Positions 23,524-35,500 of a stretch of 64,000 bases of DNA are shown piece after piece. The DNA is from Podarcis erhardii. Lineage: Eukaryota. The stretch is taken from assembly GCA_964252035.1 (NCBI GenBank), contig OZ176205.1, one strand, 5' to 3'. The position numbers and the translations under genes were made by a program. Each line of letters starts with the position of its first letter. Position 1 is the stretch's first letter. The notes under the pieces were generated by a model that saw nothing but the letters and a program-made list of their open reading frames with translations, had not been told where the DNA came from and ran no database searches.

Positions 23524-24934
23524 AGTTTAATCAAGCCATATTTTGCCACTTACATGCAACGATAGAGTTTGAGTGAGCCATCCAAATTAGAATTGTAAAC
23601 TAGTTTGATCCTGGTTTATTAAGGCTTGCTGAAACCATAGATTTTAGGCTGGATGTAATAGCAATCCATGGTTTGATTAGAACAGGGAGTAATGCAGAAG
23701 CTGTTCTCAAAAGGGGAAAAAGAAAGTGGGGAAGAAGAGAGCCCTCAAGCATATGGTTTGTTCCTAATCCTCCAAACCATGGTTTGAATGCAGACAGTGT
23801 CATGGAATTTCACTGTTGGAATATCTGAATTTTACTGTTTGGTCCCTTGGTGGTATTAGGGTTTATTCAAATGTTTATGTTCACCTTGAACAATAAAACA
23901 GCCACTCTGACTAGCTAAAGTATGAACTCTGCTGCTTTGAATCAACTCTCAGTCAACAGATCAAACAGTACTTATGGTCTTGGTATGGGGGAAGTGACAA
24001 ACAGGTGCCAGCAAAGAGAGATTAAGAATATGGATTCTTCGGTTTCAAGCAACCCAACTACTGGTATGGCTTTGCATAAATGGGCACAGGAATAAAGAAA
24101 TAGTTTGTGTCGAAAGCAGCATCCTTTTCAGTAGACATTTTCTTGAAAGGGCCTTCTCTCTTGTGAGAGCAAGAAGAGAAATACCTCTTTGAGGAGGGTT
24201 CCTGCCAGCTGTGTAATCTGTGAGTACTTCCAGTGGTGCCATTAGGGCTGGGTTTGAGGGTCCAAGTCAGGGCCAGGAAAGATAAGAGGTGGATGATGGG
24301 AGGTGGGCAAATCTGGAGCTCAACAGCAGGCACTTCCCTGGGCTGCTTCATATGTAGAAAGGTGATGCTCTAGATACAGTGTTTTGAGCCATGTAAAGGC
24401 TTTGAAGGTCCAAACCAGCACTTTGAATTGCAGCTAGAAACAACTTGGCAGATAGACATTACAAGTGCTTCTTTTACTATTTTTACTTCAAGTATATACT
24501 CTGATGTTTCTACAACAAAATGGTGCTAGTTCCCATGCAAATGCATTTAACTTTAAGGCAGGAGAAGCAAACTCCATTTACTCCTGTAATCACTATGGCA
24601 CTATAAGTAAGTTTCAAATGTGAAACTGACCATGCTCAGAATTTCTTTCTTCTAATCAGGGTGACAAACTGTTGTTATGCTGTAGCGCAGGGGCTGTTGA
24701 ACTTCCTACCCTCAGGGCCCACTTGTGGGCCTGATTTTCAACCTTCTCGGGTCACAAATTTATGTAAACTTCTATTGAAGCACCGTTTGGGGTACTTAAC
24801 AATAAATGCCTGAAAAGATAATGGGCTTAAAAACAACAACACTACAACAACCCACCAACTAAGGAATGCTATGTTATTTTTGGGGTGTAATTTCCAAAAA
24901 CAGGCTTCTGGTGATTGACAAGAGAAGTGAAGAT

Positions 24935-25975
24935 TCGCCCGCGCTCACACTCTCTTGCAAGCACAGCCATTTTCTGCCGTGCTTTCTCATATCTCATTCT
25001 ATTGCAACCGCTCTTCGCGGAGGCAGCGCAGTTTTTAATACTTTTCTACAAGTTCTTCAAAAGCACAAGAGTTGCCGACAGAAGAGGTTGCGGCCGCCCC
25101 AAAGCATTTCGGTACTTGCAGTCCCCCCTTCTTCTTTTTTTTAAGCCCCCACTTAGCGAGCACTTCTCCTTTCCGAGCCGACAGCGCCACCTCCTGGAAC
25201 TTGTAGTTCTTCAGGGCAGGAGGCGCGCCTTAGAGATGAGGCTGCTGCGCGGAAGGAGGCCTACAAACCCCGGGATGCACTGCGCGCCTTACGGCTAGAG
25301 GCGAGGCTGGCCCTCTTCGACTGCCGGAATCCGGCTCTTGCTGCTGCCGGCTAGGCAGGTCTCCGCGCCAAGAATGAAGTGAAGGGAAGCAAGAAGGGGG
25401 AAGTGGGGCTCGGCCGGCCGGTCTAGACAGCGTCTCCCGCCAGGTGCGTAGTGGCTCTCGAAGACTCCCCCAAACCCCCGCCGCGCGCCCCCGTTTCTTC
25501 TTTCCAGCCGCGCCTGGTCTTGCTCTGCCGTAACCGAAACTCTGCCTGAGCCGGCAACTCTCGCCTCGGAGCGATCGATGATTTAACATAGTGGATCGAT
25601 AAAGTGCGCGGCTGGAAGACTCCCGCGAGCGCCAAGCGCTGCGCTCCGAGGTCGCCTTGGGATCGAAGCCCGGAAGACACGCTTAATTGTGGCTCCTTCC
25701 CGTGGGACGTTTCAGGTTATATAGGGCTTAAGGGAAAAGATCCTAAAGCGCAAAGTCGCCTTCCCTTTGGGGGAAATGCGACCAAGAGAAGGGAGCGCAA
25801 TCCGGGGAATTGATCTCAAGCTGCCACATTGTGTTAGTGTGATTTAGGGATTTGTTTTGCTTGGCTTGTTCTCTCTCTCTCCCCCCCCCCCCCCCACTTT
25901 TAATCTCTTGCTATTTTGCAGCCGCCCTTCCTCCGCCCCCTCCGAAAAGAAACGGGGGTGTACGCATACTAGTAA
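24935..25975. promoter_or_regulatory. CpG island, probable SMPD2 promoter and non-coding first exon(s)
   Basis: Abrupt rise in GC and CpG density 3-4 kb upstream of the SMPD2 ATG. It has ETS-like CGGAAG sites, an ACTACA-type motif (rc ACTACAAGTTCCAG at 25194-25207) and a donor-like CCAG|gtgcgt at 25443/25444. Confidence 0.8.
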
Positions 25976-28900
25976 ATATATGATTTTAAAGCAATCTGCT
26001 CTTGGCTTTTGACAGCTAATGCGACTTTATTCATTTGCATTAGCCGCCATCGGAACAGAGGTTGGGGACCTGTGGCCTTCCCGGTGCCGTTGCACGACAG
26101 CTCCCGTAATCTCTGATTATGCTGGATCCAACAGCACGCATTGACCATCTCTGGATTTTGCCTGTCTTTACAGATATGTGCATACACTCTAGTCTCTCAT
26201 ATTGTCTCCGATTCGTCTAAAGTTAGTCATAACTACACCTTGTTAGTACAGGGCCATCATGCCTAGTAGTCGTCAGTGGCCTTCTGGTTCATTAATTTTC
26301 CTAGGCTCCTTTTGGAATCCGTTCAAGTTAGTGGCTGATACTGCATTCTCTAGTTTAACTATGGACTGTGTGTAGTTCTTCATTTTGTTTCACTATTCAG
26401 CTCCATTGCATGTGCCTGGGTTATACTACTATTAAAAGAGGAATAAAATATTATTTCTCCAGACTCTTGTGTAATGTTATAATTTTGCTGTGTCCCTCCC
26501 CTTCTACTCAAAAGCTCTAAATGTTACAACCTTCCTTCATATGGAAGTTGCTCCACTCCCTTGTCATTTTGATTGTCCTTTTCTGAACCCTTTCCAGGTC
26601 TGCAGTATTTTTACGGTGCAGCAACCACAACTTGAATGTATAGCCTAAGATAAATTAATACTCTGCTCCCTAAATTCCAAGAATGTAAAAAGCTGCTGAA
26701 TGGATGCCAGATCGTTTATTATTTTGAAAAAGCTTATTAGCAACTAATTTATGGGCCTGTAGATCTTGATACTAGTCTGTGCTAGTGTGGACATTTCAGC
26801 GCTCCTTCATTCCCCCTCTGTTTGTTCCAGTTTTTTTTGTTTGAATTGGTGTTCCTTCCCTTGTTGCCAGCTTCTTATAAGGAAGTTGTGTGTAGGGGAG
26901 TACATGAATACCCCGGGAGGTAGGCACATGACAGTATTACTTGTGTGTAAATCATTGCATGCATGAAGAAGCTGTGGCCTATTGTCGTTTCACAGCACAG
27001 CTAGCAAATAGGAGTTGTAGGACAGTTTCATGCTTCAGACTGAACACAGAAATCAATGAACATTTGCAGTGATATGCAGTGGTAATCCTGACACCTGCAT
27101 TATGCAGTTTGCCATTGCTGTGTATTAACTAAAGCATCCTTGCTATAGACTGAAGAAATAAAGGCAGTAAATTTTCGCCGAGAAGCACAAGGGAAGTGCT
27201 GTGCTCCCAAAGCTCTTGGGGATAAGGCAGGCTCAGTATGAACACAATGAATATATTTTCTGGGAGCTGGATGTTTACACATAAATTGAACGGTAGATTG
27301 GCATATGTATTTTACAATCTGCTCCATCCTTACTTACATGTCTTCAACATGTGGTTGTCATTTCTTGCTGCTTGTATATGGTTGAAAATATTTGAGTCAA
27401 AATATTTACCACAGCCATTTTATTTCATCTTGGCAGTGAACACAAGGAAAGCTACTTTCCCTTTCTTGCTAATTCCACCTGGTGAACAAGTGTAAGAAAA
27501 TGCATTCAAAGAAGATGGGAGGGAATGGTTTGAGGGCAGGGTGGAAGCAGCAGTTTGAAGAGCAGACCCCGGCTGCTTTGCCATGCACTCCCTCCTGGGT
27601 TCTTGGGCAAGAGAGTCTGATTCAATCCAATAAGACACAAATCCCTAGCCTCAAGGGCAGTAAAAACCAGTGCTTATTTTCAGGGGGTACTCCAGGGCAC
27701 ACAATACCAGCACCTCTCTCTGGGTTAGAAAGTGTGGCACTTACTGTAAGAACTTCACGGTGAGTACTGGCAACTATTTTTCTAGGGGGAAAAGCACTGG
27801 TAAAAACCATAAATGATTGTGAGGAATTGTGATATTGAGATATATAAGTAAATACTGTAGGTTTGGTCATGGGTGTCCCAGCACTCCAGCATGGTTGAAA
27901 ACAGATCCTTGAAGGAAATTCAAGAACTGAGACTTGGATTGGGTGTCATTGACCTGTGAGCACACGGCTTCTTGTCCTTGGAACTTTGCACAGAGAGATT
28001 GCCAGTAGGAGAGAGCTTTAGAATCTACCAAGTAAACACATGATATTTTTAAAAAGTGGGTAGGCCTGTGGAATCACTCATAATGCTTTTTTATATTTTT
28101 TTAAGGACTAGCCCTGTGATGTGTTGGTCATCAGTGTGGCATGCAGTGGTACCTGCATAGCTTCTGAAGTCACACACACACACCTCCCTTGGTGAGGGTG
28201 GTTACCTTTTTCTCCGTCGAAAAGTACACAGAGCTAAAGGAGGAAGTTGGAAGAGTGCCACTCTTCCCCACTTCTTTCAGTTCTATATGCTTTTCAAGAT
28301 TCAGACTAATTCTGCTGGTTCCAGCTTTCACCCAGATTCCTTGGAAAAGCTAAGTTTGTATGTGTGTGCTTTCTCTCTCTCTTTCTGTCTGGGGTGACGT
28401 TGGGATGAGAGAGAAGTGCCCAGAGAGGGAATAATGGGGCACCAGCACCCTCAAAGATCTACGTTTGCCTGTGGACCTTAAAAGCTTGATGGGCCCTAAA
28501 TGATTACAAGAGTATTGTCTTTACCATGAGGGTTTATTGCCTGGAAAGGTGTGCATTTGCGGCATTTTGGTGGCAGTGACAGCACTGAAGCAAAAGACTC
28601 CTGCTATCAGGATTGAAACAGGCAAAAGATGGGCTTTGCTTGACCTGAGAGTGTCCCTTTAATGCTTTATAACTCTGCTAATCTTTAGGTCTTATCTTAT
28701 CTTTGCACCTCTCCCTCCTATCAAGGCCTTTCAGATGCTGTTGCCCAGAGGGCTTTAGCAGAGAGAGGCATTATAGGCCTTGTCCACAAAAGCATGTGCT
28801 GCTTGTTGAATCGGTGCCACCAAGGCTTCATCCTTCCTTGTTTTCCAGCTGCCAGTGCATACTGTCTTAGCTTGCAATATTACAGTCACACTTCCTGTTC

Positions 28901-29024
28901 TTCTGGCAGAGGAGCAAAGCCAAAGTCTGACACCTTGCTTGCCGGAGAGGTGGAGGCAGAACCTGTCAGCATTGTGAGTGCAACCATCTGAAACCCACCT
29001 CTGCGTTGTCTTGTCCCCACTGTG

Positions 29025-29074
29025 ATGGATAAGGACCCTCGATTGCAGTTGCGTGTCTTTGACCTCAATTGCTG
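29025..29074 (+). CDS. SMPD2: SMPD2 coding exon 1 MDKDPRLQLRVFDLNC(W)
   Basis: ATG at 29025, TG|gtgagt donor; homologous to human LRLRIFNLNCW. No upstream ATG back to a candidate acceptor at 28847-28848. Confidence 0.9.
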
Positions 29075-29559
29075 GTGAGTTTTTCCATTGCTTTATTTTT
29101 TTGTGTTTGTTTAAGGCAGGTGAGGGTTGGCTCTGATCTGCATGACTATTGGCGAAGGTTCAGTCATGTTTTCTGATCAAGAAGTTGCTGAGTCTTCTGG
29201 GTTACAGCAAATGCATTCTTCACCTGTTTGTTTCCCTGTTTGCAGAGAGGAAATGATGAAGCTCCCGTGTCTGGGGCTGTTTTTATGTAAATAAAACAGG
29301 GTATTGTAAATCTCTCTGTTCCTGCCCTTTTCCAACCCAATGATTAAGTGATTTGGCTGAACATGCATCTATGCTTAAATGGAGAGAGAGGGGAATCTTT
29401 TTCATGCTGAGGACAAACTTTGGGGGTGGGGCAGAGACTCAAGTGGGCAGGCCAGAGAAAAAAACAGATGGAACAACGCATGTGACCCTTAATTTTGTAC
29501 AGTGTCCTACATTCTAGCCACACAAAAGTCAAAGGTTTTACACCGGCATGCGCGTGCTT

Positions 29560-29593
<34 letters not shown>

Positions 29594-32500
29594 CTTCACT
29601 CAGGTAAAAAAGAGACATTATCACTGTTCAGTGACACATTTCAGCCAGGCATATGTCCTTCCAATTCCAACACAGGCTCATGTATAAAGTATAATTAGAT
29701 GGTCAAATTATCAGGTGATGGAGTCTATCGTGCCATGTTTCAGGATGGGGGAGGGAGGCCATCTGTTTTATTTCTCTCCCATGTAAAACAAGTAAAACAA
29801 ACAAAGCAGCTGCTAGCAAGTCATGGAGGAAAACTCCTTTCAGCTAATTCCTTTTTGCACTGGCGAATGTATAGTCCCTTCTATTACCCCAGGAATCTTC
29901 CACCCCATTATGACCTCATTTGGGGGCATGCAACAGCCAGGCCTGACTCTGTCTGTGTCTGACCAGTTTTTCTTATAGTGCTGCTTGTACATAAATGCAT
30001 TCAATGTTTCTTTGCATTTAATGTGCAGATCTTTTCCTTAATGTGCAACAACAGCTGCTGTGGGAGGGCTGCTTGCCTCGGTCATGAGAGGGGATTTAAC
30101 TGTTTCCTTCCCTACTGTAGTCCTGATTAAAATTGCTCCTCCAGGTGTGCTTTTTGCATTGGGAGGAGGGCTTCCTTTGGCTCTCAGTGTGATACTGCCT
30201 TCTTTACCAGGTGTAAGTAATGAAGGGCTAAGATTGAAATGAGCAGTGAGCCTAGTTGGAACCTAATGTTTCACTCAGTTTCCTTCCCTTTCTCTCCCTT
30301 CCAGGGCCATTCGCTACCTGAGCAAAGTACGGCAGCAGCGCATTGAATTGATTGGCAATGTCCTCAACCAGGAGGGATATGACTTGGCGCTCTTGCAGGA
30401 GGTGAGTACTTAAATCTGTTATAGTGCATCTAGTATTGGCATAGGTTGTGGGCAGAGCATGGCAAGATCTTGAAGTGCTGTATAAGCATGATTAATCGGG
30501 GAAGGGGGATACTAGGGGAGGGGTTACCCCCCCCCAATGCCTAGCTTCAACTTAGCCCTCTGATTCAATTCCCACTTCTGTTCTTTGGTTTGCAGTCACT
30601 GTGACTACAACCTCTCTGCTTTTCCAGGTGTGGAGCGAGAGAGATTATTGGGAGCTGAAAAAGAAGCTGTGTGCCCGCTACCCTTCTTCCCACTATTTTA
30701 AAAGGTAAAAAGGAGCTTGAATAGTCCATGCCAATGGCTGAGCTCAATTAGTATAGGCTTGACTTCATAGATGTGCAATTTATATGATTTTTAGAGAGGA
30801 CCCTCTCAGACACTGGTAGGAAATCATTTCCACTCTGAGAGCTCAGACAGGTTAGCATAAAAGGCCTTGGAATAAGTTGGGTCTTTAGCTGATCAAAATA
30901 ATATTTTCTTGGAAACAGGTGCCTTGTTGCTTGTGCAGCAGCCTCACCCCTTGTGACAGATAATTGTTCTTTAATTGCCCTTGTTCCCTTAGCAGTCCTT
31001 GTCTTCCAGATGTGGCATGCTGACTGAATAGCCCACAGGTCTATTTTTAAGGCTGTGTTTGTGAAACAGAGCCCATGGTTGCGCACTGGATCACTACATG
31101 GGCAGCATGGTGCAGGACGCATGGGTTGGATGCATGTTGGCATATACCTGGTGTGAAACCAACCTGCAGACCAACCTGTGAAACCAACCTTCATCTGTAG
31201 GGGACACAGCTTGGAACACAGGGAATCTCAATAACATTTTGTGACATTAATTAATCTGAGTTTTACAGACTCACCTTGTACAGGCCACTTGATTATAGAT
31301 GGTTACCAAACCTTATGGTTCACTTCTTTGGCAGACACGGCATTAAACTCTTCTTAAATGTACATTTTGGTGGGAACCTGTGACTTGACTTGCGGGCTGT
31401 TACAGAAGCTAATAATTGGTGAGGCAGCATCCCTTTTCAGTCTTGACTCTGTCACGGTGTCAGAAGACTTCGCTTTGTCCCTAGAACCAGGAATAATTTC
31501 AAGGAGTCCCAAATGCCAGCCCTTTTCTGTAAACTCTAGCTATTGATTTCAAATGGAGGATGGGAACAGCAAGGATTGGCAATGTCCCCCCCCCCAGCTG
31601 ATGCCTGTGGTGCCTGTGTCTTTCACAGTGGAGTGATTGGCAGTGGGCTCTGCATCTTCTCCAGATATCAAATCCTGGACACCTTCCTGTACCAATACTC
31701 TGTGAATGGCTACCCCTACATGGTGAGTGGGCGATGCCTTGCTTGGGGGTGGGGAACGGGCCAAAGAGCACCTTTCTTCTAGGGCTCTTTTCACTGTGAC
31801 CAGCATTGCCTACGTTTCTTCTACAGTCTTCCACTTTCTTCTCTCTACAGTTCCAGCACGGAGACTGGTTTGGTGGCAAATCGGTGGGGCTTGTGGTCTT
31901 GAAGATACAGGAGATTGTTTTCAACATCTATGTGACTCATGTGAGCAGTTTTATTTATTTTGTTGTATTCTTTTTATTTGTGTGTTACAAACTTATTCAA
32001 CTCCTGGAGCAAGATTACAGAAATCATCTGTGTGTGTGTGTGTCTAAATGTGAGTAGGATTTACATGAGGAACACAGGATAGCACTTCAGATTTGCTTAG
32101 ATTGCTGAATGAATCCTTTGATTACAATCATACCTTGGTTTTCGAACAGCTTAGTTCTCGAAAGTTTTGGCTCCCAAACACCACAAAACCTGAAGTGACT
32201 GTTCTGGTTTGGGAACTATTTTTGGAAGCCGAACATCTGACGGGGCTTCTGTGGCTTCCGATTGGCTGCAGGAGCTTCCTGCAGCCAGTCAGAAGGCGCG
32301 CTTTGGTTGTCGAATGTTTTGGAAGTCAAATGGACTTCCGGAATGGATTCCATTTGACTTCCAAGGTGGGACTCAACTGACTTGGACTTCACAAGTGATA
32401 CTCATTGTTTTTACAGCCTATTTGTCCATGAACAGCCAAGGCTTTTTATTTTCTTGGGTGGCACCTTCTTAAAAATGAACAAGACACACAACCTTTTAAA

Positions 32501-35500
32501 GAAGGATTTTTGTGTGTTCTCTCAAATGTATGCATCATTAGAAAGCTGCTGTTCATTCTTATCCCAAGGTACAATAAATGCAAGCCACATTGCATAGATG
32601 AATAGAAGCTGCCTGTTAAAGGATTAAGTGGTTAAAGGATTATGTATCAATTCTGTCATTTGTATTGATGTAAACCTCTAGAACGTATTTTGTATAGCTA
32701 AGCATTTAGCTTTATCCTCAACATATTGTATTTTTTTTTATTGCTATGCCTAGTAGGTAATGCAAATAAAATTTCTGTGTAATGCCAGGCAAGCAGTGAG
32801 TGCAGTCCCAAAGATCAATAAACTAACTTCTGCTTGTGGGACTATGTCTAAATTATCTTAGCATTGAGGAGGAATAGAAAGCCGGCACAATGAAACGGGT
32901 GAGAGAAACTCCCACAGGAGGCAGCCTTAATGAGCAGTATGATGTCACAAGCTTGGTACTAATGCAGGAGCGTCAGTGTTGCCTAGTCTGCTGAAGCCCA
33001 AAAGCTTCATGTGGAAATATTTTTGAGGTCTACTTACACTTGGCCATGCTGGGAGTTGTAGTGTAATGACATCTCAAGATCATTCCTTTGGTGAAGCCTG
33101 GGTTACACGATCGGAGGATATTATTCTGGGGCACCTTTTGGGATATAACAAACCCTGCCTACAGAAACAAGGGACTAGTTCATCCATTCACACAACCAGC
33201 ATTTCGGACGCAACTGTGGTTGGTATTAATGCGAATAAGCTTTGGAATCACAAGCTCCCGTTGTCTTCTCTGGCATAGTCACAAAGAGGAGATAGAAGCT
33301 TTCACTTCTATTTTCAGCTAACTGTGGCTCCTTGTTATTGAGTTACTTGGGCAAACACTGGTAGCAAGGATGGAGAACTTGTATCCCTCCCATTGCTGGT
33401 GAACTCCACTAGCCCTAGCCAGAATAGACAATAGTCAGGGGCGGTGAGAGCTATAGCCCACCAACATTTGGTGGGGGCCACAGGCTCCCCATCCCTGGTC
33501 CAAGGACTCAAGTCAACTTCAATCTGTAGTCTAGTTTCTCTATAACATTGTTAAGATTAACCACAGTTCCAACGTTTGGGCTTAGCAATAATGCATGGTT
33601 AGTTGAAAGTGGAAGCAGGAGCTTGTGATCTTGCTGGAGCAGAAGAAGAGTGCACACACAAGCCCAAGATTTATACCAGTAATGCGAAACAGTAGTTTAG
33701 CATTGTATCTGTACCAGATGGTACTCTTTGCTTTGTGGGTCTCTGAAACTGTGAAATCCCACTGTCTGTTATAGAATCCTTATCTTGTTGCTTTTGATCT
33801 CTGCCACAGGCTCCCCGATCAGCTTAAAGTGGGGCAGCAAGGCGAGTACATTTGCTTTGCGATTTCACATAGATTACTATGCAAGTGTGAATTTCATGTG
33901 TGTCTTGTTCTCTTCCTCCCAAGCTCCATGCGGAGTACTGTCGGGAGAAGGATGCTTACCTGCCCCACCGAGTAGTTCAGGCCTGGGAACTTGCCCAGTT
34001 TATACAGTAAGTCATGGGGAGACTCCAAAAATCTTTATAATGAGGTTTGTGTGTGCACGCTTTGTCCCTCTCTCTGTTAGCTGGTTTCCCTCCTTGGCAG
34101 TAATTCAGAGCTCTGGCTTAGAACATACTCAGTCCATCTAATGCTATCGCTCCGGCGACAGAATGAATGGGTGGATAGGGGGAGAGGATGCAGCCATGGT
34201 TTTGGGTGTGTAGTAGAATTCAAGTCTAACATGGCTTAGATCTCATGACAAAAAACATCCTTGCATCATTGAGGGCTGCTTGTTTCCTCTCAGTCTGTGG
34301 CATCTTCTCATCTTCCCAGACATACTTCGAAAGGAGCTGATGTGGTGCTGCTTGGTGGGGATCTGAACATGCACCCAGAAGACGTGGGCATCAGGCTGTT
34401 GCGAGGTTGGGCAGGGCTTCGGGACTCCTTCATTGCCGCAGAGAAGGTTGAGGTGAGTCTCCGTGTACCGCCCTATGAAATGGTCCAGAAAGGGGAGGTG
34501 TTTCTCCCTCCTTTGGTCACTCAGTAAAAGGAAAAGAAAGTTGCCCTTGGGGCCTGGAAACTAGAACCTTACCTTTATTTGGGTAAGAATGTCAAGAGAT
34601 AGGTTATACCAACCAGATTAAAGGTGCCTCTTCCATCCACATGGCTCTCTCTCTCTTTTGCCTTCCTGAAAGCTCCGAGCTCTGCAGGCTGCACTGTCAG
34701 CCAGACTCAGTTGGCAGCTTCTTCCACAACACAGCTTGCTGCAGATGCTCTAGTATCTTTTATTAGAAGGGTGGGTAACTTCAGGCCCAGTGATCAAAAG
34801 TGACCCTCCCTCCAGGCCTCCCTATCTGGCTCCAGGCCACACCCCTCACTGCCTGTGCTGCCATACTTAAGAGTGTGGCTGGAATGTGTCCTTCAACTCT
34901 GATAATGCACGTTGCTTGCCTGGACAGTGATTATGTGAGAGTGTGTGTAGAAATAAGCCTACAGTACGCAAATGTGCATTAGGTATTCCATCTGCTTTTG
35001 TCCCTGGCCCCGCCCACTACTGGCATATGGCCCTTGAAATGTTGCCCAGGAGGGATTGAAGCTCTCAGGCTAAGAAAGTTCCCCCACCTCTGGTTTTTTT
35101 AGAACTGGGAATTCAGACTCTGGTCTTGCTCCTAGGGTGGTGAGGATGGCTCTACACTCTTGCCCACCAACTGCTTCACAAGCAAGAAAGAACTGCGGTG
35201 CTATCCCCAGGGGATTCGTATTGACTACATTCTGTATAAGGTATGTGCAAGTTCAACACGTAGAAAGCAGACTGCGACAGTACAGAGTTCAGAAAGCAGT
35301 TAAGCAATAAAGGCTGTCAAATATGGTTTGGCACTAGCCCCATGACAGGTCTGTCTCCTGTCAGTATCTTCAGTCTGGAATGTCTTCTTTGTCCAATAGT
35401 CTCCAAAACTATGTGCTCACAGACTGGTATGGCCTCGGGCAACCTCTTGGCACCGGGTTGAACTCACTTGCTTGATTTCCTGCTGTTGTTGTCTTTGGGC

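Noticed and set aside
24180-26660. Old LINE-like fragments near 24330-24450 and 26150-26660
   Set aside because: Probably decayed L2/CR1, but too diverged to bound or classify by eye.
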